Positions 48,782 through 64,000 of a stretch of DNA of 64,000 nucleotides are shown piece after piece. Below the pieces are notes generated by a model. That model saw only the letters and a program-made list of their open reading frames with translations, searched no databases and had not been told where the DNA came from. A program made the position numbers and the translations under genes. Origin of the DNA: the human T2T-CHM13v2.0 reference genome, Homo sapiens; assembly GCF_009914755.1 (NCBI RefSeq), contig NC_060942.1; one strand, given 5' to 3'. Numbering within the stretch: the stretch's first letter is position 1; every line of letters begins with the position of its first letter.

Positions 48782-49344
48782 CAGGGGATGAGATTTTTAA
48801 TGGCCTCTATTTATGATTTTGGAGGGTGAAGGAAATTGGTCTGGAGATGTCTTGGGCCCCAGTGAAGGAGTTTACACCTTCCAAGATGTTTGAGAACCAC
48901 TTTACCACAACACACCTCTGGGATGTTTCAGTCCGAGCAAATGTCAGCATTTGGTAGCAGCAGGTGAACATAAGCACCATCTACAGGGATTAGGGAATCA
49001 GAAGGAAAGTACTTTATAGTTGCCAAGATAAGAACATAATTTCCTATTAGTTTGCCCCCAGTAAATAGAAACAGCCAGCAGAAAATCCCTGGCCAAAAGC
49101 TCCTTTGCTCTATGCCGACAAATTTCATGATGTCCCGGAGGATGTGAAGAATTGAGGCAACGTCCAGCCTAATGCCACTCACAGGAAGGCGGGGAGGGCG
49201 GGGTCCAGGGGGCTCCTGTCTCTTGTCTTTCTCCTGTGGGCTCTACTGCTCCAAAGGACCTGGAAGCCTGTGGAGGAATCAGCTGAACCTGAACCTGTTA
49301 CATAATTAACCCCCTGGTTGTTCTGTCCTGACCTTGACTTATCC

Positions 49345-49354
49345 TTTTTCTTTC

Positions 49355-49392
<38 letters not shown>

Positions 49393-49665
49393 TTTTTTTT
49401 TGAGACAGGGCCTCATGTTGTCACCCAGGCTGGAGTACAGTGGCACCATCTTGGCTCACTTGGAGCCTTGAGCTCCCAGGTTCAAGCCTCAGCCTCCCAA
49501 GTAGCTGTGATTACAGGTGTGTGCCACCACGCATGGCAAATTTTTGTATTTTTAGCAGAGATGGGGTTTTGCAGTGTTGCCTAGGCTGGTCTCAAACTCC
49601 TGAGTTCCCACCTGCCTTGACTTCCCAATGTGCCAGGATTACAGGTGTGAGCCATCATGCCCAGC
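49345..49665 (-). mobile_element. Alu (diverged, with internal deletions)
   Basis: antisense Alu dimer. Confidence 0.88.
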
Positions 49666-49819
49666 TGACTTGTTCTTGATTTTGTAACTGATACAAATGT
49701 GAATTCACCTCTATTCCAAGTTTATTAGTAAAGGAAGAAGGAAAAATAATTCTTCCAGAATTCAGGCCTAAGGGCCTAAGGGCTAATCCTGGGTTAATGC
49801 GCCTGAGGTGGGTGTTACA

Positions 49820-50590
49820 CCTTCCATGCCCTCGCATGAATCAGACCTTCCAGTATTTATGGCCTAGAGGAGTCCCTTCCCACACTGATGCTGGGCTTGG
49901 CCACGTGACTTGCTTTGGCCAATGGGTACCAGCACAGGTGACCCAAGGAGAGGCCTGATAAGTACTTGTACATGGGGGCCTGACCTTTGGGGATTCTGTC
50001 ACCACCATGGAAAACACCTGAGCCATCCTGCTGGTGAGGCCCCATGGAACAGCACTGAGGCTCCTTGGCCTATAGCCCTAGAATGTGAATGAGGCCTTAG
50101 ACCTGTGGTCCCCAACCTTTTTGGTACCACAGATCGGTTTCATGGGAGACAATTTTTCCACAGATGGGCTGGGGGATGGTTTTGGGAAGAAACCTTTCCA
50201 CCGCAGATCATCAGGCATTCCACTCTCATAAGGAGCCACAACCTAGATCCCTCACAGGTGCAGTTCATAGTAGGGTTCGTGCTCCCGTGGCCCTGGTCCG
50301 CTGATCTGACAGGAGGTGGAGCTCAGGCGGTAATGTGTGCTCACCCACCACTCACCTGCTGCTGTGTAGCCTGGCTCCTAACAGGCCGCTGGTACCAGTC
50401 CATGGCCCGGGGGTTGTGGACCTCTGCCTTAGACCATGCAGCCCTATATGAGCCTCCAGGTTAGACTGCAGCCTCATGAGTAACCCTACCTAAGACTTCA
50501 CAGCTGAGCCCAGACTTGTAAGTAAATAATAGAGGCCACTCTATGCCACTAGCTTTGGGGTGGTTTGTTATTGAGCAACAACCGAGACAT
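49820..50590 (+). mobile_element. Old MLT1-type LTR interrupted by MER1B
   Basis: gggcttggccacgtgacttgctttggccaatgg...gccactagctttggggtggtttgtta. Confidence 0.65.
50103..50426. mobile_element. MER1B-like hAT-Charlie DNA transposon
   Basis: TIRs ctgtggtccccaacc / ggttgtggacctctg and a perfect 8-bp TSD CCTTAGAC (50095-50102, 50427-50434). Confidence 0.88.
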
Positions 50591-51755
50591 GGCTCTTGAT
50601 CTGGACTTGCCTCCCTCATTCACTGAAGCTGTACCCTACTGGGCTCTTGCCATGTACTGGACTGAGTGATGGGCAGGAGGGGCGCAAAGGTGGATGTGTG
50701 TGTTCCATCGAGCAACTCGGGGTTCAAGGAAACACTGCAGCTCAAGCTGCAAGCAAGGTCCTGGGGACCCATCCAGGAGTTCCATTAATCCTCAGCGCTG
50801 AGAGATCATGCAGGCCTTTAAGATCTCTAAGGCCCTCTTCCTGCCTCCCTGGCTGCCTCTCAGTACTGTTTTTATCTCTCTGCTGTGCCACCCCAGGCAT
50901 GGAGCCCAGTGGGCTTCCATTACCCTTCAGCCCCCCTGAAACCTCCCCAAAGGCAGATGTGTGCATAACAGCCCTTACCACGGGCTCGTGACAGTGGTTG
51001 TTTGGACCTCAAGATGGCAGTTCCTCAGCTCAGGCCCCATTGCTTAAAGGCTTTGCCATCTTGGACAAGTTGCTTACCTCCTCCATGCTTCCCTTCCTCG
51101 GCTCTAGGCCAGGGAGCCTCAGTGCACTTCCATGGGGCCTCTCCAGCAGGACAGCTCAGGTGTTTTCCATGGCGGTGGCAGAATCCCCATGGGTGGGTTG
51201 GGGGGGTGGTGTGGAATATGGCTAGAACCCCTTTCAAAATGGCCATTGTAAGGAATAGATGAGATAAACCAGATATTTATTAGGCACCCGAGTGCCTAAT
51301 ATTCAACAGTATTACGGCCCTGCAGAAATACAAATAACATAAATGAATATTATCTGGGCCTCCAGTGCTGGGATTTCTCACAGGGTGGATTTCTCCACAG
51401 CCTGTTATATTTTGTCACGGCCATGTCCTTTCCCATCCCCCAGCCACTTCATCCTGAGGCCACACAATTCAGTTTTCTGGGCTCCTTCGCCCCTTCCATG
51501 TGACTCAGTTCTGTGATTTCACCAGTAGCAGCCGTGCAGCTCCCACCAGCCCCTGCTCAGCTCTTGGCCAAAGGCACCAGAGTGCTGAGTGCTCCCTGCT
51601 CACTGGCCGTCCACCCCAGTGACCAAGCAGGTGGGGCTGCGACACTTCTATCCTCTCTTCCCTCCCTCTAGTTGGACCTGAGCCGTCGGAATTTATTTTC
51701 CCAGAGAAATGAATGATGCACTGCCCTTCAAGCAGAAGCTGTGACAGTCACTTCA

Positions 51756-52115
<360 letters not shown>

Positions 52116-52601
52116 CTATGAACAATGCCGGCCTTCTCCCTAGTGTGATCAGCACCCACTATCCCAAGGTCCTCCCTGGCAGGACACTGGCACCACCCTT
52201 GCCCACACCACCACTGCACCTCCAGCTCTCTCCCCATCCTTGCCTGGTGAATGCAGCCTGTAGAGCTCAGAACTGGCCAGGTGTGAAAGCCAGATACCCG
52301 TGCAGTCCTCACATCCTGCACACTAATGCAGACTGTGTCCCTTTTTCTGAGGAAGGAAATTAAAACTGGGGGAAGGACAGAGAATTCCCATTCCAGGAGC
52401 CTGGGAGCTCTGATAGGACCCAATTGATATTGACTGAGATGAAAGTGGCCACATCACCTGAGGCTTGTCTGCCTGGATTTTCCCCCCATTAACCAGAAAA
52501 GAAAGGAACCTAAAGCCTTGTGATAAGAAAATTCATTTTCTATAAAGCAGGCTTCTTGGAGGAGATATATCAGGACGTGATGTGAATGCTGACACCCTGA
52601 C

Positions 52602-53744
<1,143 letters not shown>

Positions 53745-54269
53745 ATTTGCTTAAGAAGCCAATCATGCCCCATCTCCAGACATGTATGAATTTACCTGAC
53801 AGCATTCAGGAAATATGTTCTATTACTATACTTTTTCTAAAGCAAATCAAACATAGTTCTGAGACTCTGCTTGACAAAGGTAGTGTGAATTCACTTCGTC
53901 GGGTTTTGGGGTGCCACTCTGCTTCCCTCAAGTACTGTAAGAGTCTGTCCAGAAATTTTGGGGAAAGGTCTTTTTGGCATTCAGTCCATCCTGGATGATG
54001 TATGAATCCTCATGCATTGTCTCAGGTCATGTGGTCCCTTCGAAGGTGGACTGCCACGTCCTTTCTGAGCAAAGCTTGGATGCAAAGACCATTAGCCTCA
54101 TAGCTTAGGGCTTGGTCTCTGGGTATCCCATGAGAATCCTGTTATTGACAGGGTGCTGCAATGGAAGGGGATGGAAGGAGAAATCCACCCCACTTGGGCT
54201 TGGGAAGTCTAACTGCTCTCTTTGAGGCCACACCACTGCTCACTTCCTAAAGCCCCAGGCCCCTGCTCA

Positions 54270-54728
54270 GTCATGGTCTCCTGAAATGCCCATGTCCTTG
54301 GCCCTGAAACCTGGGAGTGTAACTTCTATGGCAAAAGGGACTTTGCAGATGCAATTAAATTAATACTCTTAAAATGGGGAGATTATACTGGATTATCCAG
54401 GTGCATCCTAAATATAATCATACGTATCCTCAGAAGAGGGAGGCAGAGAGAGATTTGACTTCGGAAGAGGAGAAGGCCGTGTGATGAAGGAAGCAGAGAA
54501 TGGAGGATGCACTTTGAGGATGGAGGAAGGAGCCACAGGCAAAAGAAGGTTGGAGCCTTCTGGAAGTTAGAAAAGGTGAGGAAATGGATTTTACCCTAGA
54601 GCTTCCAGCAGGAACCAGCCCTGCCACTTCAAACTTCCAGCCTCCAGAACTGGAAGATGATAGAGTTGTGTTGTGTCAAGCACCATGTTTGTGATGATTA
54701 GTTATAATGGCACCAGGAAACTAACACA
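54270..54728 (+). mobile_element. MLT1D-like LTR
   Basis: tggcaaaagggactttgcagatg...ctagagcttccagcaggaaccagccctgc...aggaaactaacaca. Confidence 0.8.
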
Positions 54729-55566
54729 GCTCCTTTACTCCCTGGACAACTGAGCTCTTGGGCCTAGACTTTTTTTTTTTTTAACAGATCGAAGTGTTGA
54801 TAAGATGAGAAAACCCAGCCCTCTAGGACCCAAAGACTGGGCTGCCTTCTTAGAGTGCAGAAAGGAAAATACCTTCATTTCTTTCATCAATGACTTCACG
54901 GCAGGAGGTAAGACATGGTTGGTTTCTCAATCACGATATCCTGTCCCTCAGGAACATTTGAAGTCTTAGTCATCGGGGCTCCTGGAAACCTACTGAGACT
55001 GGAAAGATGCAGCACTGGCCCATAAAGCTTGGGGTCACACAGGTCTGTCACCAATGCTTGAAAAACCCGTCCTTGGCTGGGGGGCCTCGGTCACCTGCAC
55101 TAGTAGAAAGTCTGTGGACCCATTTTTCGTGAAGAGGAGATCTGCTGACCTTCTATAAACAATTGCCCAAGTGGAGGCAGGGCTCATCGAGACTCACCCA
55201 GCAGAGGAAAATGAGTCCAACACTGCGGCTGGGCAAAGTGGGACTGAGCATGGGTAGGGAGCAGTGTGGGCCTGAGGCGCTCTGCAGGGAGGATGTGCAA
55301 CGTGGTGTTCTATCCACATGGGGTGTGCCTTCAGGCTGTGCATGGGCAGGACAGGGCTCTCCCTCCATACTGTCAGGCTGCAAAATGTAGGACATTGGTA
55401 GGTAAGAATTCCACTTATTTGGGGAAAATCTATATTCCATAATTTCTATGTTACTCATGCTTTATTGTGCCTTCCCAAGATATTTTGTATTTCTAAGGGG
55501 TATGGAAAGAGTCCATCCTCTTTAGTTTTCTCATAAAAACACTAGGCAATCATCCAGTTAGACAAG

Positions 55567-55914
55567 TACAATTGTCCCTTGGTATCCATGAGGGATTGGT
55601 TCCAGGACACCAAACTCCATGGATGCTCGAGTCCCTTACAGAAAATGATGTAGTATTTGCATATAACCTACACACATCCTCCCCTATGCTTTAAATTATC
55701 TCTAGATTGCTTAGCATACCCAGTACAATCCAAATGCTACATACGTAGTTGTCATACTGTATCATTTAGGGAATAATAACAAATAAATTCTGTACATGTT
55801 CAACACAGACACAACCATCCATTCGGTTTCTTCCAAGTATTTTTGATTCCTGGTTGGTTGAATCCACAGATGCAGAACCCAGAACCCACAACCCACGGAT
55901 ATAGATGGACTGCT

Positions 55915-55915
<1 letters not shown>
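55567..55915. mobile_element. MER2-like TcMar-Tigger element
   Basis: gtcccttggtatccatgagggattggttccaggac...gttggttgaatccacagatgcagaaccc. Confidence 0.8.
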
Positions 55916-57064
<1,149 letters not shown>

Positions 57065-60000
57065 AAACAAATTTACTATGATGTTTTAAAACCCAGCTAT
57101 AAATATCTGTTCATGGAAACTTCTCAAGCGAGTCTAGTGCTATCTGCAGGTGCCTGGCACAGCCCTAAGTAAATGCTTGCTTCTTTCTGTCATTCGTTTC
57201 CCTTAAGTTCCAGCTGTCCTTGTACATTTGCTCACTCATGAGCCTTCCCTTCCCAGTCCTTAGAAGCAGCTTCTGGAGATGACCCCATTGTGAAGTTTCT
57301 AAGGCTCCCCACAAAGGGCCTCTGGGGCCTGCGGATGAATAAGTCCTTGACCAGCCTCCACCTCCCTCTTCTAGGGTCTGACGATTGGCTGGCTAGTCCA
57401 TTGCCAGAAAGAAAACAATCTTATTCCTAGGCAATCAGAAACACACATGGCTTCCAGAAGATGGGGCCAGACATGTCCTTACTTACATACAGAGCCCTCC
57501 TCCCTGTGAGGGTCTCTGCTTTCTCTGCCCTCTCTCTTTTTTCCTCCCATCCTCAGCCCTTCCTCAGGATCCTGGCTCCATCCTGGTGGCAGCCCACAGA
57601 GTCATGGGGAGCATTCCTCCTGCACTATCCAGGAAGCCAAAGCAAGGTTCCTCCCTGTTCCCCTGCTTAGCACAAGTCATAAGATTTTCAGGCTCCTTTG
57701 GGCAGGATGTGAACAAGACAAGTCCTTCTTGCTGATATTAACCATTAATATGTATTATCATTTAAGTGATCTTCCTAGCTTGGCTGTCTTTCTAAGACCC
57801 TCTCCTCACTGGGATACGAGGAAAAGACAAGAAGGCTGTAAGAAGGATGGAAAATCCTATCCTCCCACAAACCATAATCAACTGAATGTATAATAATTGA
57901 ATGAGTAAATGCATGCATGAAATGCATCCAACGTCTTTGCCTTCCTATTATCTCATACCTTGTAAAAGACAGGAGACTTTGGCAATGAAGACTGCCTTTA
58001 CTGCAGAGCTGGACCAGCAACCCCATCTGTAGCCCCTCTCCTGTGTCTAGTTCATACCACATTTTTGCCCTGATTTTGGATTTCAATATACTGAGAAATA
58101 AGCTTAACTGCTAGAGCCATCTGTCTTCTCTTTTAGAACGCTGGAAAATATGAGATATCTAAAATGTCAAGCTGGAAGGTTATTTCATAATTGATGTTCC
58201 AGCTGTCTCAGGATAATTTCTCAACTGTAATTGTCAAGGGCTCCTCAATTGCTTCTGCCAAAATCTTTTCATTACCACACCAGTCAGATTTCCAAATATT
58301 CATTCAAATTCATAAAACATGCTAGCACCTTCCTGTGTAAGATGATGTGTAATAACTATTAGTTAGCTGGGCTAGCATGTGCTGTAATGTCAAACCTATG
58401 CCAGGAATATCCTATGATCTTTCAGGGAAATTCTAGGTCCCTGAGCAAAACTTTTGAAACAATTCTTTCTTGAAGGAAAAAATTCCCAGAAATATCCTCA
58501 GTGGGGCTCCTTAGGGAGTTGCCTGGGTAGTAACTATGCCTCTATTTGTGTAACCAAAACGTATTTTTAAGGGGGATTTAATCAAATAGTTAAAAAGTAA
58601 TGCCTTAGGAGAGCAATGTTACGCCCTCTGGAAACCACATGAAGAAGATACTATCTATAGTCTGAGATGCTTTGTTAAGGAACCACCAGCTCAGATAGCC
58701 TTGATCACCTTGATCAAGGCCACCATGATCACCTTCTACTAGGAATTAGGATTTTTGACTCTAGACTAAACCCTTAAATGGGCAAGACTTCATTAACTAC
58801 CAAAGTATTTGAATATCAAGCTATGAAGACATTGAAGTCAATTACTTTGGCTGTGGCAATTATGGTGTGTCAAGTCAACTGTGGTATATAATGACAACTT
58901 GTTATCCTACAACACTCTTATCATAAATGGTACCCTCCTTAATAACGAAACTCAAATCCATGTCTGCCTAATGACCAGCCAGCAGAAGTCAGCTCGGTCA
59001 GCACCCACACTGCAAGCAAATGAGCCTCATTTACAGCTCTCTAGTTTTTGTACATTTTTCTTCACACTTTGACAATTTTTCATTCATCACTATGACTGAG
59101 AAAAGGAAATATAATGCATAAAATATAAAATCTCCACAATAAGTCAGGAGAGCAACCATTTAAGAAATGAAGCACTATATTCCACACTGTGTTGGCCAAT
59201 GTTAGCAATAGGCTCAAACTCCTGACAAGACCAGATACAGAGATGCCTTGTATGACATCAACAGGATTTAATTTCTAAAGGTTAAAGAAGGAAGTCAATT
59301 CGGCTGGAGTTCAAGTGAAAAACCATCAAGATTCTCAGTGCAAGCTTCCAGATCAGAGCTGCCCTACAGAATTTTCCATGTTGACCAGACGGTAACCAGT
59401 GGCCACATGGCTGCTGAGTGCTTGAAATGTGGCTGGTACCACTGAGCAAATACCTTTACAACTTTAATTAATTTTAAATTATCTTCTTTTTTCTATACCT
59501 CAACCCCTTTTCTCCTTCCATCCCCAATGCATTCTTTTAGCATCTGGGTCATAAAATCCTCATGGGAGAGAGATGTACACATTGGGTATAAAGTCTGAGA
59601 AAATAAGGGTCCCATTACCCTTCCTGGAAACCTAACCATCTATTGCTGAGGTGGGCTTGTATGTAGCCTAATCTCTGTATATGTCAGAGATCATCTTACC
59701 TACACCAGGTTCACGTTTTCCATCTTAGAGTTATACAGGACATTGTATATAGGACCTGCAGGGATATGGGGTACACTACCAGTACACCCAGACATGAATG
59801 AAATGCTGCCTCAGCATCCTAGACTCCAGGCTAGCACAGTGTTGTCCAAAGAACGTTTCTGAACTCCAGGCTGAGGGACTGGAGCAAGATTCACCCTGAC
59901 ATCTCTAGGAGTTATGCTGACAAGCTCCTCAGACAGCAAAAGGGCTTGTCTTCCACCTGGCAACGGAAGTCAGGCATGGATGGACATGAAGGAGCCTCCC

Positions 60001-60468
60001 GGTTCCAGTGGTTCTGTTAAGCTACAAACGTAATTTTCAGTCACAAAGAAAATAGCTGACGGAAGCCAATCGCAATCAACAAATTATTTTGCCTTCTGGT
60101 TGGTCATTGTTGTAATGAAAATATTTCCTTTCAATGCATGGAAAGCAGTTTAGCAGAACTAGCAAAGAAAGATGGCATGATCATTAGCTCATTTAATATT
60201 ACAGCTCATGGGACAAGCATAGATTCAGAAGCATTAAATAATATTCTAGGTAAATTATCAGAAGTCAAGAAAGAGGAAAGCTAGAGTTCATGACACATGT
60301 TAATTTACTTAGGGAATCTTCAAACATGAAAAAGAAGTAAAAATAAAGTGAACACCTATGTAGCTATCAACCAAGTTCAACAATTATCAACACCTGGCCA
60401 TTCTTGTTTCTTTACTTCAACCTACTTTCCCTTCCATCCCCAGCGAATTATTTTAAAGAAAGTCTCAG

Positions 60469-61444
<976 letters not shown>

Positions 61445-61719
61445 TCACATAATTTTATCTTTTAAAAAGCCTTTAGTTTATATCACTAAAGATAAGGCAA
61501 TTTTTAAACATACTACAGTATCATCACATCTAAAAATATTAGTAATAATTCCTAGATACCATCAAATAAACAGAAAGTCTAGCTGTCATACCTGTACCCT
61601 CCTCTGTTGCCTCCCTCTCCCACAGTAATATTTTTTAGTTTTGATTTGTCCTTCAATTATTTTTTTATGTAAGCAAATAAATATAGTAAATATTTGTTGT
61701 TTTTTCCTTCACAGAGAAG

Positions 61720-62150
61720 AGGTAACCCATTATACACATTTTCTGCATCTGGATTGCACTTAAAAATTATTCTCACTTGACACCAATACATAGAAAACTT
61801 TGTTCTTTTTTTCAGCTACATAGTACTCCAACATGTGAAGGTACTTTATTCAACCATTACTCTGTTGATGGACATTTGGGCTATTCCCAGTTTTTTGCTC
61901 TTACTAGCAGTGTCATCATGAAAAGCCTTGTGTATATGAATTTCTTATTTTGAGAGCATCTTTGGAATAGATTCCTAGAAGTGGGATTGATGAGTCAAAA
62001 GGCAAATGCATATAATGTTGCTAGCTATTGTCAAACTCTCTTCTATAAAGATTATACCACTTAATATTGCCAGCAGAAATGAGTATGGTGTCCTTCTTTA
62101 TGATTTTTTTGGCCCTCTGAGAAATGAGAAGTAGTATCTCAGTGAGGTTT
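61720..62150 (-). mobile_element. Old L1M fragment
   Basis: tgttgatggacatttgggctattcccagtttttt...ttcctagaagtgggattgatgagtcaaaagg. Confidence 0.65.
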
Positions 62151-63589
62151 CAATTTCCTTTTTTTTTTTTCTGTAATCTATATTTTGAGAACTTCATTCT
62201 AAGAGAACAAGACTCCTTTTGGACAGTAACACCATTGGAATTGTCAAAAAAGAAAAATCTTCCCTGGTTACATTATGTGTTGAATAAAGAAGTTTTTCTT
62301 GCAGATAGGCTTGAGTTGTCAAGTTTTCATTCAGAGCAGCTCAAGCATGGGGAGTTTATGAAAATGGAATCGTTGAAATTCATAGAATGAGAAGCCTCAA
62401 AGAGCTCTTTTTACCAGCATATTCCATTGAATACCTTTGGAGACATTCATACCCATCAAATACTCAGAGCATACTTTTTGAGAAGATTAAACCTAACTTA
62501 GAAGTTGGAGGTTCTTGGCACAATAAAGAAAAGCAATGCTTAACCCTGAAAGATTAACTGGGGAAAAACATGATACCTTCAGTCAAAACTTTATGGAACT
62601 TTTATTTTAAAAAACTTCATTTCACCCTACCCATGACCAAGTACCCCCCAAGAAATGTTTATAACATATCATTTATATGAGCTGTTTGAATTTAAACACT
62701 GAATAAATGCTTGCAAAAGCATATATTTGTCCTAACTTCTATTTTATTTTTAAATCAACTTTGGCATTTTCACACTGTAAAGTGAGTTTTTTATGTGAGG
62801 GCTTGCTTTACAGAAATTTCAATATCCCATGTTTACAAAGAAGCACTCACTGAGGATTCAATTCTCTTGCAATTAATTTTCCCAAGTTGCCAGCTAGCAG
62901 GCTACCAATCTATGGAGCGTTCAACATTTAGGGATGAACTTTCATGGGCCCTGGGGATGCAAAGATTACTACTTTGTGGTTCCTCGGTAGAGGAGCTGAA
63001 AAGTAAACATGTAAATTAAAACAGCCTATGACATAGGACCAACCAGGGTGTGTTGTCATTGTTGACATGTATCTCTACCAGAAAAGTTCACTCTTCTTTA
63101 TAAATGACAGCATTATTGAGCTGTTACCAACAGTAATTCACATGACCAATGGTGGACAACCAGGACTCCAAGATGGTGTCAGTTGCACCAGTGAAAGAGA
63201 GGAAAGTCATGGATGCCTAACTTGGGGAGCTGCCAAGCTGGCTATTGATGTGGGGTTTCACCCTGAAAGGCATGATTGGAGCATTTCAAAGAAGTTACTA
63301 CCCGCATTAGAACAAGTGCCTCACAGGAAGGAAGGGAGCATTGCAGGGGTTTCTATAGCTGGCAGCTTACAGCTTTTCCTCTATGTTCTTTCTTACAAAG
63401 AGCTCAACTGTGAGCAACTCTGCAAGCATCACCTAAGAGGGGCCAGTGAAGGGTGCACTCTGCCCTTCTGACCATGACCTCCTTGGCCCATCACCCCTTT
63501 GTGAGAAACTCCATCACTGCTGAATCCTTTTATATCCTAATTGAGAACTAACGCCCAAACAGAAGATGACTGGTATGTGTAAAGAAATA

Positions 63590-64000
63590 CAAATAATAAA
63601 ATTCACATACCATATAATTCATCTCTTTAAAGTGCACAATTCAATGGGTTTTTTGTGTGTACATTCAGAGTTGTGCAACCATCACCACATTCAATTTTTA
63701 GAACAATTCATCACCCCCAAAAAGAAACTGTGCATCCACTCACAGTCACTCACTATTTCTTCCAACCTGCACCCCCCACCCCCAGCCCTGAGTGACCACT
63801 AATCTTTGCATTCTCCCTAGATTTACCTATCTGGGATATTTCATACAATGAAATGAAAATGAAATCATACAGTATGCAGTCTTGGTGACTGTCCTCTTTC
63901 ATAATGTTTTTGAGGTTTGTCAATGCTGTACTATGTATCAGTATTTAATTCCTTTTTCTTTCCAAATCATAGTCCATTGTGGATATACTATGTTTTCTGT
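63590..64000 (-). mobile_element. L1MB-type 3' end, running off the window
   Basis: attcacataccatataattcatctctttaaagtgcacaattcaatgg...gagttgtgcaaccatcaccac. Confidence 0.8.

Noticed and set aside
58780-60300. Unique-looking stretch that might be an ancient LINE or an exon relic
   Set aside because: No recognisable ORF, splice pattern or repeat family by eye; would need a Dfam or BLAST search

Overview
Human (primate) genomic DNA. It contains the 3' part of TNFRSF11A (RANK, the RANKL receptor) on the + strand: coding exons 5-10 at 3130-3223, 4837-4931, 6562-6675, 11590-11642, 13579-14362 and 29617-29900, all with canonical AG/GT boundaries and consistent phases. There is also a 148-nt stop-containing cassette exon (9a) in intron 9, a CpG island over the last coding exon preceded by a long CCT-rich tract, and a long 3' UTR with several poly(A) signals. 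Downstream is about 28 kb of repeat-rich intergenic DNA (Alu, L1, MaLR/MLT/THE1, MER/Tigger) and a full-length RPL17 processed pseudogene (60469-61425). I found no new protein-coding system; most ORFs in the supplied track are Alu or low-complexity artefacts. The most unusual signals are (i) three independent locally templated insertions, where short segments were copied from 0.7-1.6 kb away into a pseudogene 5' UTR, a MIR and an Alu, and (ii) a 3' UTR layout in which poly(A)-site choice, possibly SNP-dependent at 32493, would decide whether an inverted-Alu duplex is included. Repeat subfamily names and repeat boundaries are by eye and approximate.
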